DNA of 64,000 nucleotides from contig OY759598.1 of the NCBI GenBank assembly GCA_963662435.1, forward strand, positions 3,380,507 through 3,444,506, in the 5' to 3' direction. Positions 29,271-38,932 of this stretch are shown here, in pieces. This DNA comes from Dehalococcoidia bacterium (GTDB lineage: Bacteria; Chloroflexota; Dehalococcoidia; Lucifugimonadales; VXLM01). The translations under genes were made by a program, and so were the position numbers. The notes under the pieces are model-generated. The model searched no databases. It worked only from the letters and a program-made list of their open reading frames with translations, and was not told where the DNA came from. How positions within the stretch are numbered: the first letter of the stretch is position 1; every line of letters starts with the position of its first letter.

Positions 29271-29408
29271 GGGGGTATTCCTCTACTCCTTCGTCGGTCT
29301 CGTTCGGCGGCAATTATGCGGCATCGTGCAGGGTGAAACAAGCGGGGAGGGTAGGGTGTCGTTTGTGACAGGAACCATGGACAGTCAACCCATACCGCTC
29401 CCATACAC

Positions 29409-29436
29409 CTGGATACCGGCCTTCGCCGGTATGACG
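29409..29436 (-). repeat. Family C palindrome
   Basis: Reverse complement is CGTCATACCGGCGAAGGCCGGTATCCAG, identical to the copies at 48222 and 55154. Confidence 0.85.
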
Positions 29437-29499
29437 GTTGTGCAGGGGCAGTCCTTCCTGAGGATGAAGCGTGGTATAACGGGAGAGACGTGACTGCTC

Positions 29500-30348
29500 T
29501 TATCCCCGGGACGGTTCCGCCATCTCCTCGCGGGTCTTGCGCGACAACTCCGCTAGATGCCCGTCGTTGGCGAGGCGCTGTTCGAGGTGCACCATTCGTC
29601 TGGGACCAGCCGTCTCGATCATGGTCGGGCCGTATGCCCGCTCCATCCACCACCTCGATAGCGTCCCGACCTTGCGGCGCAGTTCCGGAAGGTCCTCGTC
29701 GCGGTAACGCTCTTCGAGCACCATCGTGAACATCCGCCTACGCGTGCCACCTCCGAACGACGCGTGCTTGATGCGCCGGTCGAATACCACGAGGTCACCC
29801 GGCTTCGTTTCGAGCGCGGCGGCGGGGATGTCCTTCCCGGCCACTCCGAGCGACTCCTCGGTCGTAAATTCCTTCATGCCCGGCATCATGTCGTTGAGCG
29901 TGCCGGCGAAAGAATCGCCGCTTGTGTGACTGCCGGGGATGACCCGAAGACATCCGGAGTCCCTCGTCACCTCGTCGAGGTAGAAGGCGACCTTCATCGT
30001 CAGGTACGGGGATGTGTGGCTGAGATCGGAGTGCCATCCGGTGTCGCCCACGTAGAAGTTTCCATCGCTGTTGCTGTAGTTGAAGTCGTACCCCAGGATG
30101 GGCCCCGCCAGCCCCTCGATGCGGGGATCCTCGAGCAGGCCGCAGAAGAACGGGTGTTGGTCGATGAACGGTACGATGGATGACCGCTGCTTGTAGTCGT
30201 GCGCCTGGCCGTGGTGACCTCCTCCCCGTTCGGTGAAGATCGACTCGAACGTGTCCGTGATCTGCCCTATGTCGTCGGCGAACAGCCCGGGGAAGTGGAG
30301 GAACCCGAATGTCTTGAAGAACGCGATCTGCTGCTCGGTCAGGTTCAA
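29500..30348 (-). CDS. PhyH-family dioxygenase
   Basis: WHSD, LRVIPGSH and PGDLVVFDRRIKH motifs. Confidence 0.88.
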   Translation of the reverse strand: MNLTEQQIAFFKTFGFLHFPGLFADDIGQITDTFESIFTERGGGHHGQAHDYKQRSSIVPFIDQHPFFCGLLEDPRIEGLAGPILGYDFNYSNSDGNFYVGDTGWHSDLSHTSPYLTMKVAFYLDEVTRDSGCLRVIPGSHTSGDSFAGTLNDMMPGMKEFTTEESLGVAGKDIPAAALETKPGDLVVFDRRIKHASFGGGTRRRMFTMVLEERYRDEDLPELRRKVGTLSRWWMERAYGPTMIETAGPRRMVHLEQRLANDGHLAELSRKTREEMAEPSRG

Positions 30349-30914
30349 TTGTAAAATCCCTTTTGTGGCATTTGTCTTATGTTAACGGACATGGGAGGCA
30401 TACTTGAGGCAATCACGACCTTCGTGTTCGTATCAATTTCTAGCTTGAATTCGACTGAACCGCTGTACGGCATTTTGAAACCGGAAACGATGCCGGGCAT
30501 ACGACGATTGATGTCGCTGTACTTGGGTGGGCCGACATCAAAGGAAATCGATGCCGTCGCTATGACTTCGTAACGACCTTCCGTCCGCCTGATCGGCGAA
30601 CCGATCTCCCACCCGATCGTGTCGCTAATCTGTGCGGCATCGGCAACGGTGTCGAATGTCTCTTTGTGAGTTACTCTTCGAGAGGTGGGATCTAGGCCAA
30701 CCGATACCCTCAGGCCAGCGGTTCGTCCGTACCTCTTTGTAGCCATCGCCGCAATCTCTTCGGAGATGTCCTCCGCCTCGGTCATGGCCCATTCCCGCGC
30801 CACGTCTTCGGCGATACGTTCATGGTCTATTTCGCCGCAGGCCGACGATGCCCACAGCACCAACAAGGCCGCCCCAATCATGGTCCCGATTGTCATCGAG
30901 TAACGAATCCTCAT
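30345..30914 (-). CDS. Hypothetical lipoprotein
   Basis: Signal peptide ending SSAC; AAGGAGG RBS; more AT-rich than its neighbours. Confidence 0.6.
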   Translation of the reverse strand: MRIRYSMTIGTMIGAALLVLWASSACGEIDHERIAEDVAREWAMTEAEDISEEIAAMATKRYGRTAGLRVSVGLDPTSRRVTHKETFDTVADAAQISDTIGWEIGSPIRRTEGRYEVIATASISFDVGPPKYSDINRRMPGIVSGFKMPYSGSVEFKLEIDTNTKVVIASSMPPMSVNIRQMPQKGFYN

Positions 30915-30977
30915 GCTCGCCTCCTTGCTTCGTGAGTGAGTCGAGGTACACGCTTCCTACATGGACGATCCTATTGC

Positions 30978-31832
30978 TTACCCTCTACTCGGCTCGGCCA
31001 TCTCCTCACGGGCCTTCCTGGCGAGTTCGGCCATGTGGCCGTCATTCTCCATGCGCTGTTCGAGGTGCACCATGCGCTGTTCGTCCGCCGTTTCGACCAT
31101 CACGTCGCCGTAGTTGCGCTCGATCCAGAACCTCGTCTCCGTCGCCATGCGTTCCTTGAGAGTTTCGATGTCCTCAGCGGCGTAGCGTTCCTCGAAATTG
31201 AGGGTGAACATGCGCCGCCGGTCGCCTCCGCCCCATGAACTGTGCTTAATCTGGTGGTTGAACATCACGAGGTCGCCCGGAGTCGCCTCCAGCGGGACCG
31301 CGGGAACCTCGTCGCCGTTCACTCCCCACAGATGGCTGCTGGGATTGTCGGACTTCTCGCGCATCTCGCGCACCGCCTCAAGGCTGTTGCCGAACACGTC
31401 GCCATACTTGTGGCTGCCCGGAATGACCCGGAGACATCCCGTGCTCGCGGTAACGGAATCGAGGTAGAAGGCCATTTTGAACGAAAGGTACTTCGTCTCG
31501 CGGTAGCCGTCCGAGTGCCAGAGGGTGTCGCCGACGTAGAAGTTGCCGTCGCTGCCTGCATAGTTGAAGTCGTCACCCAGCACCGCCGCGCAAACGTCAT
31601 GGATGCGCGGATCGTCGATCAGGGCGCTCAGGTACTCGTCCTGGTCGATGAACTGGATGAGGGCGGACCGCTGCTTGCCGTCGTGCTCTCGTCCGAAGTG
31701 ACCGCCTCCGTGGTCTGCCCACACATTCTCAAAGGCGCCGGTGATCCTGTCGATGTCGTCAGCGAACAGACCCGGAAACGCGAGGTAGCCAAACGTATCG
31801 AAGAACGCGAGTTGGTGATCGGTGAGTCCCAT
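30978..31832 (-). CDS. PhyH-family dioxygenase, close paralog of 29500-30348
   Basis: WHSD, LRVIPGSH and PGDLVMFNHQIKH motifs; same C-terminus EEMAEPSRG. Start at MGLTDHQ. Confidence 0.88.
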   Translation of the reverse strand: MGLTDHQLAFFDTFGYLAFPGLFADDIDRITGAFENVWADHGGGHFGREHDGKQRSALIQFIDQDEYLSALIDDPRIHDVCAAVLGDDFNYAGSDGNFYVGDTLWHSDGYRETKYLSFKMAFYLDSVTASTGCLRVIPGSHKYGDVFGNSLEAVREMREKSDNPSSHLWGVNGDEVPAVPLEATPGDLVMFNHQIKHSSWGGGDRRRMFTLNFEERYAAEDIETLKERMATETRFWIERNYGDVMVETADEQRMVHLEQRMENDGHMAELARKAREEMAEPSRG

Positions 31833-31834
31833 TA

Positions 31835-32623
31835 CTACTCCTTGTCGTACTCTTCCTGGGGTTTCGCCCCCGGAGTTCGCTCGAACCGGTAGGCGTACCG
31901 GTTGTTTGGCGCTTCGAGGATGGCGCGCTGCCGTTCGTTCAGGCCGGGGTAGTCGTCGGCATCGTAGTAGCGGGCGTACCAGGAGGACGCGTGCGGACTG
32001 AACTTGAAGAAGAGCGTCCGCCGCTCGTGATCGCCTGTCCAAGGGAGCGTCCCGTGCGCCAGCGCCTCGGTGAAGATGATCGCCGTCCCCGCCGGGCCCG
32101 TCACACGCTTCACGATGGGGTGAAGCTCATCCATCTCCATCCACTCGTCCGGCAAGGGGTAGTTGCTCTTGTGCGAGCCGGGGATCGCGCCGAAACCGCC
32201 GTCCATCGGCCCCACGTCGTGCAGGTTGTACGCTACAACCGACAGGCCGTTCCACATACGGCCCTCCTCGAACCGGTAATACTGCAACGACCGCGTCGGG
32301 ACTCCGCCCCCGTGCAGCTTCGTCCCGATGGGGCCTTTCCCCGAGCGGATCACGTCGAGGTACACGTGGTCGAGCCTGTACGCGTCCTCGCCGATGGTCT
32401 CGTCGAGATACTGCTTGACGCGCGGATTGTCGATGAGCTCCAGCAGCGGCCCGCCCCAGTCGATGGTGTCGAAGAACCTGTGCGTCGTCATGTCGGGCGG
32501 ACACTCCGCCTCGATGTGCCTATCGACCTCCTCGTTCAGCCGCCGAAGCTGGTCTGCGTCGAGGGCGTCCGGCACCGTGATGTAGCCCTGCAGATCGTAG
32601 AGGTATTTTTCGTGTTGGTCCAT
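31835..32623 (-). CDS. PhyH-family Fe(II)/2OG enzyme with an HGG motif
   Basis: YLYDLQGY, LHGGG, IPGSHKSN and FTEALAHGT motifs. Confidence 0.82.
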   Translation of the reverse strand: MDQHEKYLYDLQGYITVPDALDADQLRRLNEEVDRHIEAECPPDMTTHRFFDTIDWGGPLLELIDNPRVKQYLDETIGEDAYRLDHVYLDVIRSGKGPIGTKLHGGGVPTRSLQYYRFEEGRMWNGLSVVAYNLHDVGPMDGGFGAIPGSHKSNYPLPDEWMEMDELHPIVKRVTGPAGTAIIFTEALAHGTLPWTGDHERRTLFFKFSPHASSWYARYYDADDYPGLNERQRAILEAPNNRYAYRFERTPGAKPQEEYDKE

Positions 32624-32753
32624 GGGAACCCGTCTTCGCGAAGGTGTGGCTAGTCTATGAATCGCCGGACGAGGTGTCAACACGCCTCGCCCATTGGAAC
32701 AACCCGCCCCTTTGCCCTATGCTATACCCGTCGAACTCCAATGGAGGCATGTC

Positions 32754-33239
32754 ATGGTCGAAGAGGTAATTCGCGCGAAACGGTTCGAAGTAGTCGACGA
32801 CGAGGGAAGGCCGAGGGTGATTGTCGGCGCCCAGGAGGAGGCGTCGGGGCTGATGTTGCTGGACCCCAATGGCCAGAGCGTCGCCGAGCTTGCCGTCAGC
32901 GACGAGCTTGGATCGACCACGCTGTCGCTCTTCGACATGCGCGGCTCGGTCCGCGCTTCTCTAGACTTGGACCAGGAGGGATCTCCGACGCTTGGACTGT
33001 TCGACCTGTCGGGTGAACCGAGGGTTTCAATTGGGATCGCTGAGGGGAACACCCCCGTCTTCGACGTCACCGGTCCCTACGGAGAGGCGCGGATGTCCAT
33101 CGAGGTGGACGAGGAGGGCCTGCCGAGTTTCGTCCTCATGGACGGCGGAGGCAACGACCGCGTCTCGATTCGCGTTGACAGGCGTGGAGTGCCCCACCTG
33201 GAGTTCTTCGAGGCGGACGGGAGACCCCTCACGGAGTGA
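32754..33239 (+). CDS. Hypothetical protein of ~22-aa tandem beta repeats
   Basis: Repeating G.P...L.D..G..R.S..V pattern; GGAGG RBS. Confidence 0.65.
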   Translation: MVEEVIRAKRFEVVDDEGRPRVIVGAQEEASGLMLLDPNGQSVAELAVSDELGSTTLSLFDMRGSVRASLDLDQEGSPTLGLFDLSGEPRVSIGIAEGNTPVFDVTGPYGEARMSIEVDEEGLPSFVLMDGGGNDRVSIRVDRRGVPHLEFFEADGRPLTE

Positions 33240-33276
33240 CTTCGGCCCGAAAGTGTGCCGAGCATGCAAGGCCAAA

Positions 33277-33367
33277 CCGTTCGTCGTGAGCCTGACGGAC
33301 CATGAACGATGCTTCGACCATTCGACAGGCTAAGAGCTTGCCCCGTGCCTGACACGGGGGTGAGCGG
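33277..33367. repeat. Family A doublet carrying a nested 24-nt hairpin element (33335-33358)
   Basis: CCGTTCGTCGTGAGCCTGACGGACCATGA...TTCGACAGGCTAAG[AGCTTGCCCCGTGCCTGACACGGG]GGTGAGCGG. Confidence 0.75.
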
Positions 33368-33427
33368 AACTTCCTTCCGACACCTCAGCAGGTCGTCCTG
33401 CGGCATTCCGCTATACAGAAAATTTCG

Positions 33428-33455
33428 TTGAACGGCTGCTCCGCGCTGATATACT
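33428..33455 (+). promoter_or_regulatory. Putative his operon promoter
   Basis: TTGAAC, 16-nt spacer, TATACT with an extended TG. Confidence 0.4.
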
Positions 33456-33474
33456 ATCTCGCGGGAAGGTAGAG

Positions 33475-34683
33475 ATGCCAAGCAGTCGAATCCTCAGCCT
33501 GCCGGGCATGGCGGACGTGACCGGCGGTCCATTCGAGCAATCAGCGCACATCGCGAACGCCCTCAGCGCACATTTCGCTGAACGGGGCTATGACCCCATC
33601 GACACCCCCATCGTCGAGGACACTGAACTGTTCGTCCGCAAGTCGGGCGGCGAGCTGTCGGGGATGCTCTACTCCTTCGATGACCCCGGCGGCAATCGCG
33701 TGAGCCTCCGCCCGGAGATCACGCCCTCGATCATCCGCCACTACATCGAACACGACTCTGCAATTGGGACAACTGCGCGACTCAGCTACCGCGGCCCCGT
33801 GTTTCGCTACCATTCCCTCGACGGTGGAGACCTGCGCCAGTTCACGCAGGTCGGCACCGAACTTATCGGGCTCGCGGGCAGCGAGGCCGACGCCGAGATC
33901 CTCTCACTCGCGTGTGGCGGCCTCCACGAGCTTGGCCTGAACGGCTGGACCGTTCGTATCGGCGATACCGGCCTTCTGAACGGTGTGCTGGACGCGCAAG
34001 GACTATCGGACGCGACCAAGGGCTTCGCGTTCGCTCATATGGAGAATCTCAAGTCCGAATCGACATCAGTCGCCGACCTCGTTACCCTCGCCGACGAGAT
34101 GGGCCTCCTCCGGGCGCAGGATGAAGGAAGTCTTTCGCCTGTGGGGACGGAGAACGGCGAGGAGGTTACGCGACAGTTCGTGCGGGACATGCTCTCCGAC
34201 TCGGTTTCGAGTCCGGTCGGTCGCAGGACCACCGAGCAGATCGTCGAGCGGCTGCTTCGAAAGCTGCAAAGGGCCGACAGCCCCGACAAGCTGGCCGCCG
34301 CATTGGCCCTCGTTGGAGACCTCTCGAAGATTCGGGGCGCTCCGAACGCGACGCTTTCGAAGGCGGAAGCAACCCTCCGGGCGCACGATGCCGACCCATC
34401 GTCCATAGACGGCCTCAGGGCACTCTTCGACGAGTTGCCCGGGCGGAGAGTCCCCCAGTCGAACGTCACGCTCGACCTCTCTTTCGTACCCGGCATCGCC
34501 TACTACACCGGCACAGTGTTCGAGATATCCTGCGACGGTGAGAACGGCCCCGTAATTGTTGGCGGCGGCGGACGCTACGACGGGCTCGTTAAGGCCCTCG
34601 GCGGCGACGCGGACGTTCCGGCCATGGGGTTCGCCCTTCGGCCGGACAGGATCGCCAGAGCCATCGCGGGCAGGGTGGAGTAG
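33475..34683 (+). CDS. hisZ: ATP phosphoribosyltransferase regulatory subunit (HisRS paralog)
   Basis: LRPEITP, RQFTQVGTE, YYTG and GGGRYDGL motifs; lacks the HisRS anticodon domain; directly upstream of hisG. Confidence 0.85.
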   Translation: MPSSRILSLPGMADVTGGPFEQSAHIANALSAHFAERGYDPIDTPIVEDTELFVRKSGGELSGMLYSFDDPGGNRVSLRPEITPSIIRHYIEHDSAIGTTARLSYRGPVFRYHSLDGGDLRQFTQVGTELIGLAGSEADAEILSLACGGLHELGLNGWTVRIGDTGLLNGVLDAQGLSDATKGFAFAHMENLKSESTSVADLVTLADEMGLLRAQDEGSLSPVGTENGEEVTRQFVRDMLSDSVSSPVGRRTTEQIVERLLRKLQRADSPDKLAAALALVGDLSKIRGAPNATLSKAEATLRAHDADPSSIDGLRALFDELPGRRVPQSNVTLDLSFVPGIAYYTGTVFEISCDGENGPVIVGGGGRYDGLVKALGGDADVPAMGFALRPDRIARAIAGRVE

Positions 34684-34694
34684 GGAGACCTGTC

Positions 34695-35687
34695 ATGTTG
34701 AGATTCGCAGTGCCAAGCAGCGGCAGCCTCCACGACCCCGCCCTCGATTTCCTGAAGGCGTGCGGGATCGGCGTCTCGCGGCCCAACCCGCGCAGGTACA
34801 CGGCCGATATTCCCGGGCTGCCGGGCGTGGTCGTCCACTTCCAGCGACAGGCGGACATCCCCCTGCAGGTTGAGGAGGGCATGGCCGACGTGGGCATAGT
34901 GGGGCGCGACGGATTCCTCGAACGTCGGCGAGAGGGCGGAGAAGGCGAGATCGTCATCGAGCGCCTCGGATTCGCCCAGTCTGAACTTGCGCTCCAGGTT
35001 CCCGACTCATGGGTGGACGTTACCTCCATGGCCGATCTCGCCGATCTTGCAATCGAGTTCCGACAACAGGGAACGCAGCTCCAGGTCGCGACGAAATACC
35101 CGCGCCTGACAGAGAGGTTCCTGCTGGCCAACGGCGTGAACTTCGTGACGCTGATCCCGTCGAGCGGCGCCCTCGAGAGCGGCCCCGCAATGGGGTCCGC
35201 CGACATCATCGCCGACATCTCCTCGACCGGCACGACCATGCGCGCAAACCGCCTCAAGACGATTCAGGGCGGCACGGTCGTAAGGTCGGAGGCTTGTCTG
35301 ATCGGCAACCGGCGACGCATAGCCGAAGACCCGGACAAGCTCGGCCCCGCCACGGCGCTGGTCGAGCATATCGAGGCCTACCGGAACTCTCGTAATTTCT
35401 ACAGCGTGACAGCCAACGTCCGAGGGAAGGACCAGGAGTCGGTCGCCCAGGACGTCTTGGAACACGCGGACATCGCAGGACTGCGTGGACCGACGATAGC
35501 GAAGGTACACACCATCGACGAGACCGCCTCGTGGTACGCCGTGACCGTCATCGTCGAAAAGACACGGCTGCTGGACGCGGTCAACCGACTCCGTGAGATC
35601 GGCGGCGTGAGTGTTACGGTCACCCAGCCGAGCTATATGTTCCACTCGAAGTCCGAGGCTACGGAACGCCTGACCAAGGGGTCGTAG
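34695..35687 (+). CDS. hisG: ATP phosphoribosyltransferase (long form)
   Basis: VATKYP, GALESGP..G.ADIIADISSTGTT and a C-terminal GLRGPTI domain. Confidence 0.93.
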   Translation: MLRFAVPSSGSLHDPALDFLKACGIGVSRPNPRRYTADIPGLPGVVVHFQRQADIPLQVEEGMADVGIVGRDGFLERRREGGEGEIVIERLGFAQSELALQVPDSWVDVTSMADLADLAIEFRQQGTQLQVATKYPRLTERFLLANGVNFVTLIPSSGALESGPAMGSADIIADISSTGTTMRANRLKTIQGGTVVRSEACLIGNRRRIAEDPDKLGPATALVEHIEAYRNSRNFYSVTANVRGKDQESVAQDVLEHADIAGLRGPTIAKVHTIDETASWYAVTVIVEKTRLLDAVNRLREIGGVSVTVTQPSYMFHSKSEATERLTKGS

Positions 35688-35695
35688 GGCCCGCT

Positions 35696-36436
35696 ATGCC
35701 GAATCCCCTTACTCACATGGAAATGGCCTATCGCGCCGCCCAAGTGGTCGGCGCCCCCGTCGTAAACGAGTACATGGGCTGCTACCTGCTCGGATCGACG
35801 GCGCCGGACGTCCGGGTAATAACGCGCAAGGGCAGGGAGCCCTACCACTTCGCGTCGCTGGACTTCAAAGAGGTCGGCGCCGGTGTCGCGGGTCTGTATG
35901 CCAAGCATCCGCAGCTTGTCGAAACGGTACACCCTCCCACCCGTTCGTTCATGGCCGGGTATATGACTCACCTGACTCTCGACGAGACGTGGATCACCAG
36001 GATGTACCGGCCGTTATTCGGCGTGGACGGCGTATTCGAGACGGAAGCTGAGGGAGCAGTCATGGACCGGGTGATGCAGATGGAACTCGACGGCCTCGCC
36101 CTGGGCCGGCTGGATATGCTCAAGCAGCACCTTGCGGGCTTCGCTGGCGGCGTGGACATACCCTTCATCGACGGCGATACGCTCGCCGAGTGGCACGAGT
36201 GGGTCACGAGCTTCGTTTCGCGGGAGTTCTCGTGGGAACGGCTGAGATTCATGGCCACGAGAATATCGCGCGGCGACGAGTCACATCCCTCTCACGCCAT
36301 CGCCGACGATTTCATTCGCGGAATGCCTGATACACTGGATGTGCTGCATGAGACCGTCCCGACAGAAGCACTCATAGAATTCAAACGTGACGCCATAGCG
36401 GACATGGCCCGAGTGGTCGCGGAGCATCTGGAATGA
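35696..36436 (+). CDS. Zinc-dependent phospholipase C-like family protein
   Basis: MPNPLTH, LGSTAPD and GYMTHLTLD motifs. Confidence 0.7.
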   Translation: MPNPLTHMEMAYRAAQVVGAPVVNEYMGCYLLGSTAPDVRVITRKGREPYHFASLDFKEVGAGVAGLYAKHPQLVETVHPPTRSFMAGYMTHLTLDETWITRMYRPLFGVDGVFETEAEGAVMDRVMQMELDGLALGRLDMLKQHLAGFAGGVDIPFIDGDTLAEWHEWVTSFVSREFSWERLRFMATRISRGDESHPSHAIADDFIRGMPDTLDVLHETVPTEALIEFKRDAIADMARVVAEHLE

Positions 36437-37764
36437 AAATCGTATACGGGATGAAAGAGTCGAGCGACTCCCTGCTTGCCCAGCGCGGGCTGGGTCTCGA
36501 CGCCGTGCCCGCATCCATTCTCGAACACACCGAGGCTGCCTTCGGCAAATCGATGACGCCCACCGAGACCGCACAGCACATCATCGCCCGCGTGCGCGAG
36601 GGCGGCGACGATGCCGTTCGAGATTTCACCAAGCGTCTCGACGGCATCGAACTCGATGACTTTCAGGTGCCTGCGTCAGCGATAGAAGCCGCCTATGACG
36701 AGGTCGACAGCGAGGTGACCGACGCCCTGAGACACGCTGCCGAGCGAGTCCGCCGCTTCCAAGAGAAGAGCATGCCCGAAAGCTGGATCGACTTCGTTGA
36801 GGGATACGGCGAGCTCGTCAACCCTGTCGAGCGTGTGGGCGTATACGTTCCGGGCGGAACGGCCAGGTTCCCGTCCACGGTGCTGATGTCAGTCATTCCC
36901 GCCAGGGTTGCGGGTGTGGACGAGGTCATCGTGGCAACGAATCCCGGAGTCGACCGGGGAGTCCATCCCGTCGTGCTGGTAGCGGCAGATATAGCGGGCG
37001 CTGACAGGGTGCTCCAGATTGGAGGCGCTCAGGCCGTCGCTGCCATGGCCTACGGGACCGAGTCCGTCCCAAAGGTGGACATGGTCTGCGGGCCGGGCGG
37101 CCTCTTCACGACGCTTGCCAAGAGGCTCGTATTCGGCGAGGTCGGCATAGATGGACTGTACGGCCCGACTGAGACCCTCCTGATCGCGGACGACCATGCC
37201 AACCCGACTCTCTGTGCGGCAGACCTGCTGGCTCAGGCCGAACACGACATTCTCGCGAAACCGGTACTCATAACGACTTCCGAGTCACTCGCTGAGCGCG
37301 TAAACTCGGAAATAGAGGTGAGAATAGGGCGGCTTGACCGTTCCGAGATAGCGGCCCGTTCCGTTGACGAACAGGGAATCATCGCGGTCGTCGCTGATCT
37401 GGATGAGGCATTTGAACTGGCGAACGCCTTCGCTCCCGAGCACGTGTCGCTCGTGGTCCGAGATCCCTGGAGCCACATCGGGAGCGTCAGGAACGCCGGA
37501 GCCGTGTTCCTCGGGGAATTCTCGCACGAGGTGCTTGGAGACTATGTGGCGGGACCAAGTCACGTGATGCCGACGAGCGGTACGGCCCGATTCGGGTCGG
37601 GGCTGAGTGTACGGTCTTTCCTCAAGTTCAGCCCGGTCGTCGGCCTCAGCGACAAGAGATCGGAAGAGATCAGCCGGACGGCGTCGGTGCTCGGCAGGGC
37701 GGAGGGACTTACCGCCCACGCCGAGGCGGCAGAAATCAGAAGCGAGCTATCGGAAGAAGAGTAA
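36433..37764 (+). CDS. hisD: Histidinol dehydrogenase
   Basis: YVPGG, GGAQAVAAMAYGT, DLLAQAEH, APEH and GDYVAGPSHVMPT motifs. Confidence 0.96.
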   Translation: MKIVYGMKESSDSLLAQRGLGLDAVPASILEHTEAAFGKSMTPTETAQHIIARVREGGDDAVRDFTKRLDGIELDDFQVPASAIEAAYDEVDSEVTDALRHAAERVRRFQEKSMPESWIDFVEGYGELVNPVERVGVYVPGGTARFPSTVLMSVIPARVAGVDEVIVATNPGVDRGVHPVVLVAADIAGADRVLQIGGAQAVAAMAYGTESVPKVDMVCGPGGLFTTLAKRLVFGEVGIDGLYGPTETLLIADDHANPTLCAADLLAQAEHDILAKPVLITTSESLAERVNSEIEVRIGRLDRSEIAARSVDEQGIIAVVADLDEAFELANAFAPEHVSLVVRDPWSHIGSVRNAGAVFLGEFSHEVLGDYVAGPSHVMPTSGTARFGSGLSVRSFLKFSPVVGLSDKRSEEISRTASVLGRAEGLTAHAEAAEIRSELSEEE

Positions 37765-38852
37765 TGAGCAATATCGACCTGAAGAGCTTCATACGTCCTC
37801 ACCTTCGAGAAATCGAGACCTTCAGCCCGGCGGACCCGCCGGAACTGCAGGCACAGAAGGCCGGTATCACCGAGGATGAGATCATTCGCCTCAACGCCAA
37901 CGAGAACCCGTACGGGTTCTCGCCCAAGGTCGCGGAGGCCGTCGCGAGCGTCCCCTACAACATTTACCCCGACCCATTCCAGCGCAAGGTCCGGGCCGCC
38001 CTTTCGGAGTTCACGGGAATAGCGGCGGAGCGCATCATCGCGGGGGCCGGCAGCGACGAGATCATCGACCTCATCTTCCGGCTGGTCATCGAGCCGGGCG
38101 ACAAGATCATCGACAGCGAACCGACCTTCGGCATGTACTCCTTCGACGCGAGGGTGAACGGCGCGCAGACCGTCATGGTGCAGCGCGACGAGAATTTCGA
38201 TGTCGACGTGGACGCCGTGAAGGACGCCATCGACGACAGCGCCAAGATGATCTTCCTCTGCTCGCCGAACAACCCGACCGGCAACGTGGCCACCCCGGAG
38301 CAGATCGAGGGGCTCGTCGAGACCGGCCTCCTGGTTGTCATAGACGAGGCGTACTGGGAGTTTTCCGGTCTCACTGCAGCCTCGATGGTTGAAGACCACG
38401 ACAACCTGATCGTCCTGAGAACGATGAGCAAGTGGGCGGGCATAGCCGGACTTCGCATCGGCTACGGCATCATGTCGCCGACGCTCGTCAACCACATCAT
38501 CGACATCAAGCAGCCGTACAACGTCACGACTGCGTCCGAGGCGGCGCTCATGGCGACGCTCGACGACGCGGACTATCTCGACAGCAACCGCGACCTGATC
38601 GTCAGCGAGCGTGAGCGCCTGATTGACCTGCTCAACGGCATCCTTGGCGTGAGGCCGCTACCGTCGGGTGGAAACTACGTGCTCTGCGAGTTCCAGCCCG
38701 GTCGCGCCGAGGACATATTCGAGAATATGGCGATGCGGGGCATCTTCCTGCGGAAGTTCAGCTCCAAGCGCCTGCGCGACTACTTCAGGATATCCGTCGG
38801 AACGCCCAGCGACACCGATGCCGTCGTGGCCGCGCTGCAGGAATTCGTATAG
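37764..38852 (+). CDS. hisC: Histidinol-phosphate aminotransferase
   Basis: LNANENP, SPNNPTG, DEAY and RTMSKWAGIAGLRIGY motifs. Confidence 0.95.
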   Translation: MSNIDLKSFIRPHLREIETFSPADPPELQAQKAGITEDEIIRLNANENPYGFSPKVAEAVASVPYNIYPDPFQRKVRAALSEFTGIAAERIIAGAGSDEIIDLIFRLVIEPGDKIIDSEPTFGMYSFDARVNGAQTVMVQRDENFDVDVDAVKDAIDDSAKMIFLCSPNNPTGNVATPEQIEGLVETGLLVVIDEAYWEFSGLTAASMVEDHDNLIVLRTMSKWAGIAGLRIGYGIMSPTLVNHIIDIKQPYNVTTASEAALMATLDDADYLDSNRDLIVSERERLIDLLNGILGVRPLPSGGNYVLCEFQPGRAEDIFENMAMRGIFLRKFSSKRLRDYFRISVGTPSDTDAVVAALQEFV

Positions 38853-38863
38853 GCGATGGACAA

Positions 38864-38900
38864 CCCCCCTCTCGCCGTGGAAGAGGGCTGAGGTGAGGGT
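38864..38900. repeat. Family D repeat between hisC and hisB
   Basis: CCCCCCTCTCGCCGTGGAAGAGGGCTGAGGTGAGGGT. Confidence 0.65.
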
Positions 38901-38932
38901 AAAGACCGGGATACGTATCGAGAGGTGGAGGA

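Noticed and set aside
33475..34683. Histidyl-tRNA synthetase call
   Set aside because: It has no C-terminal anticodon domain and is adjacent to hisG, so HisZ fits better.
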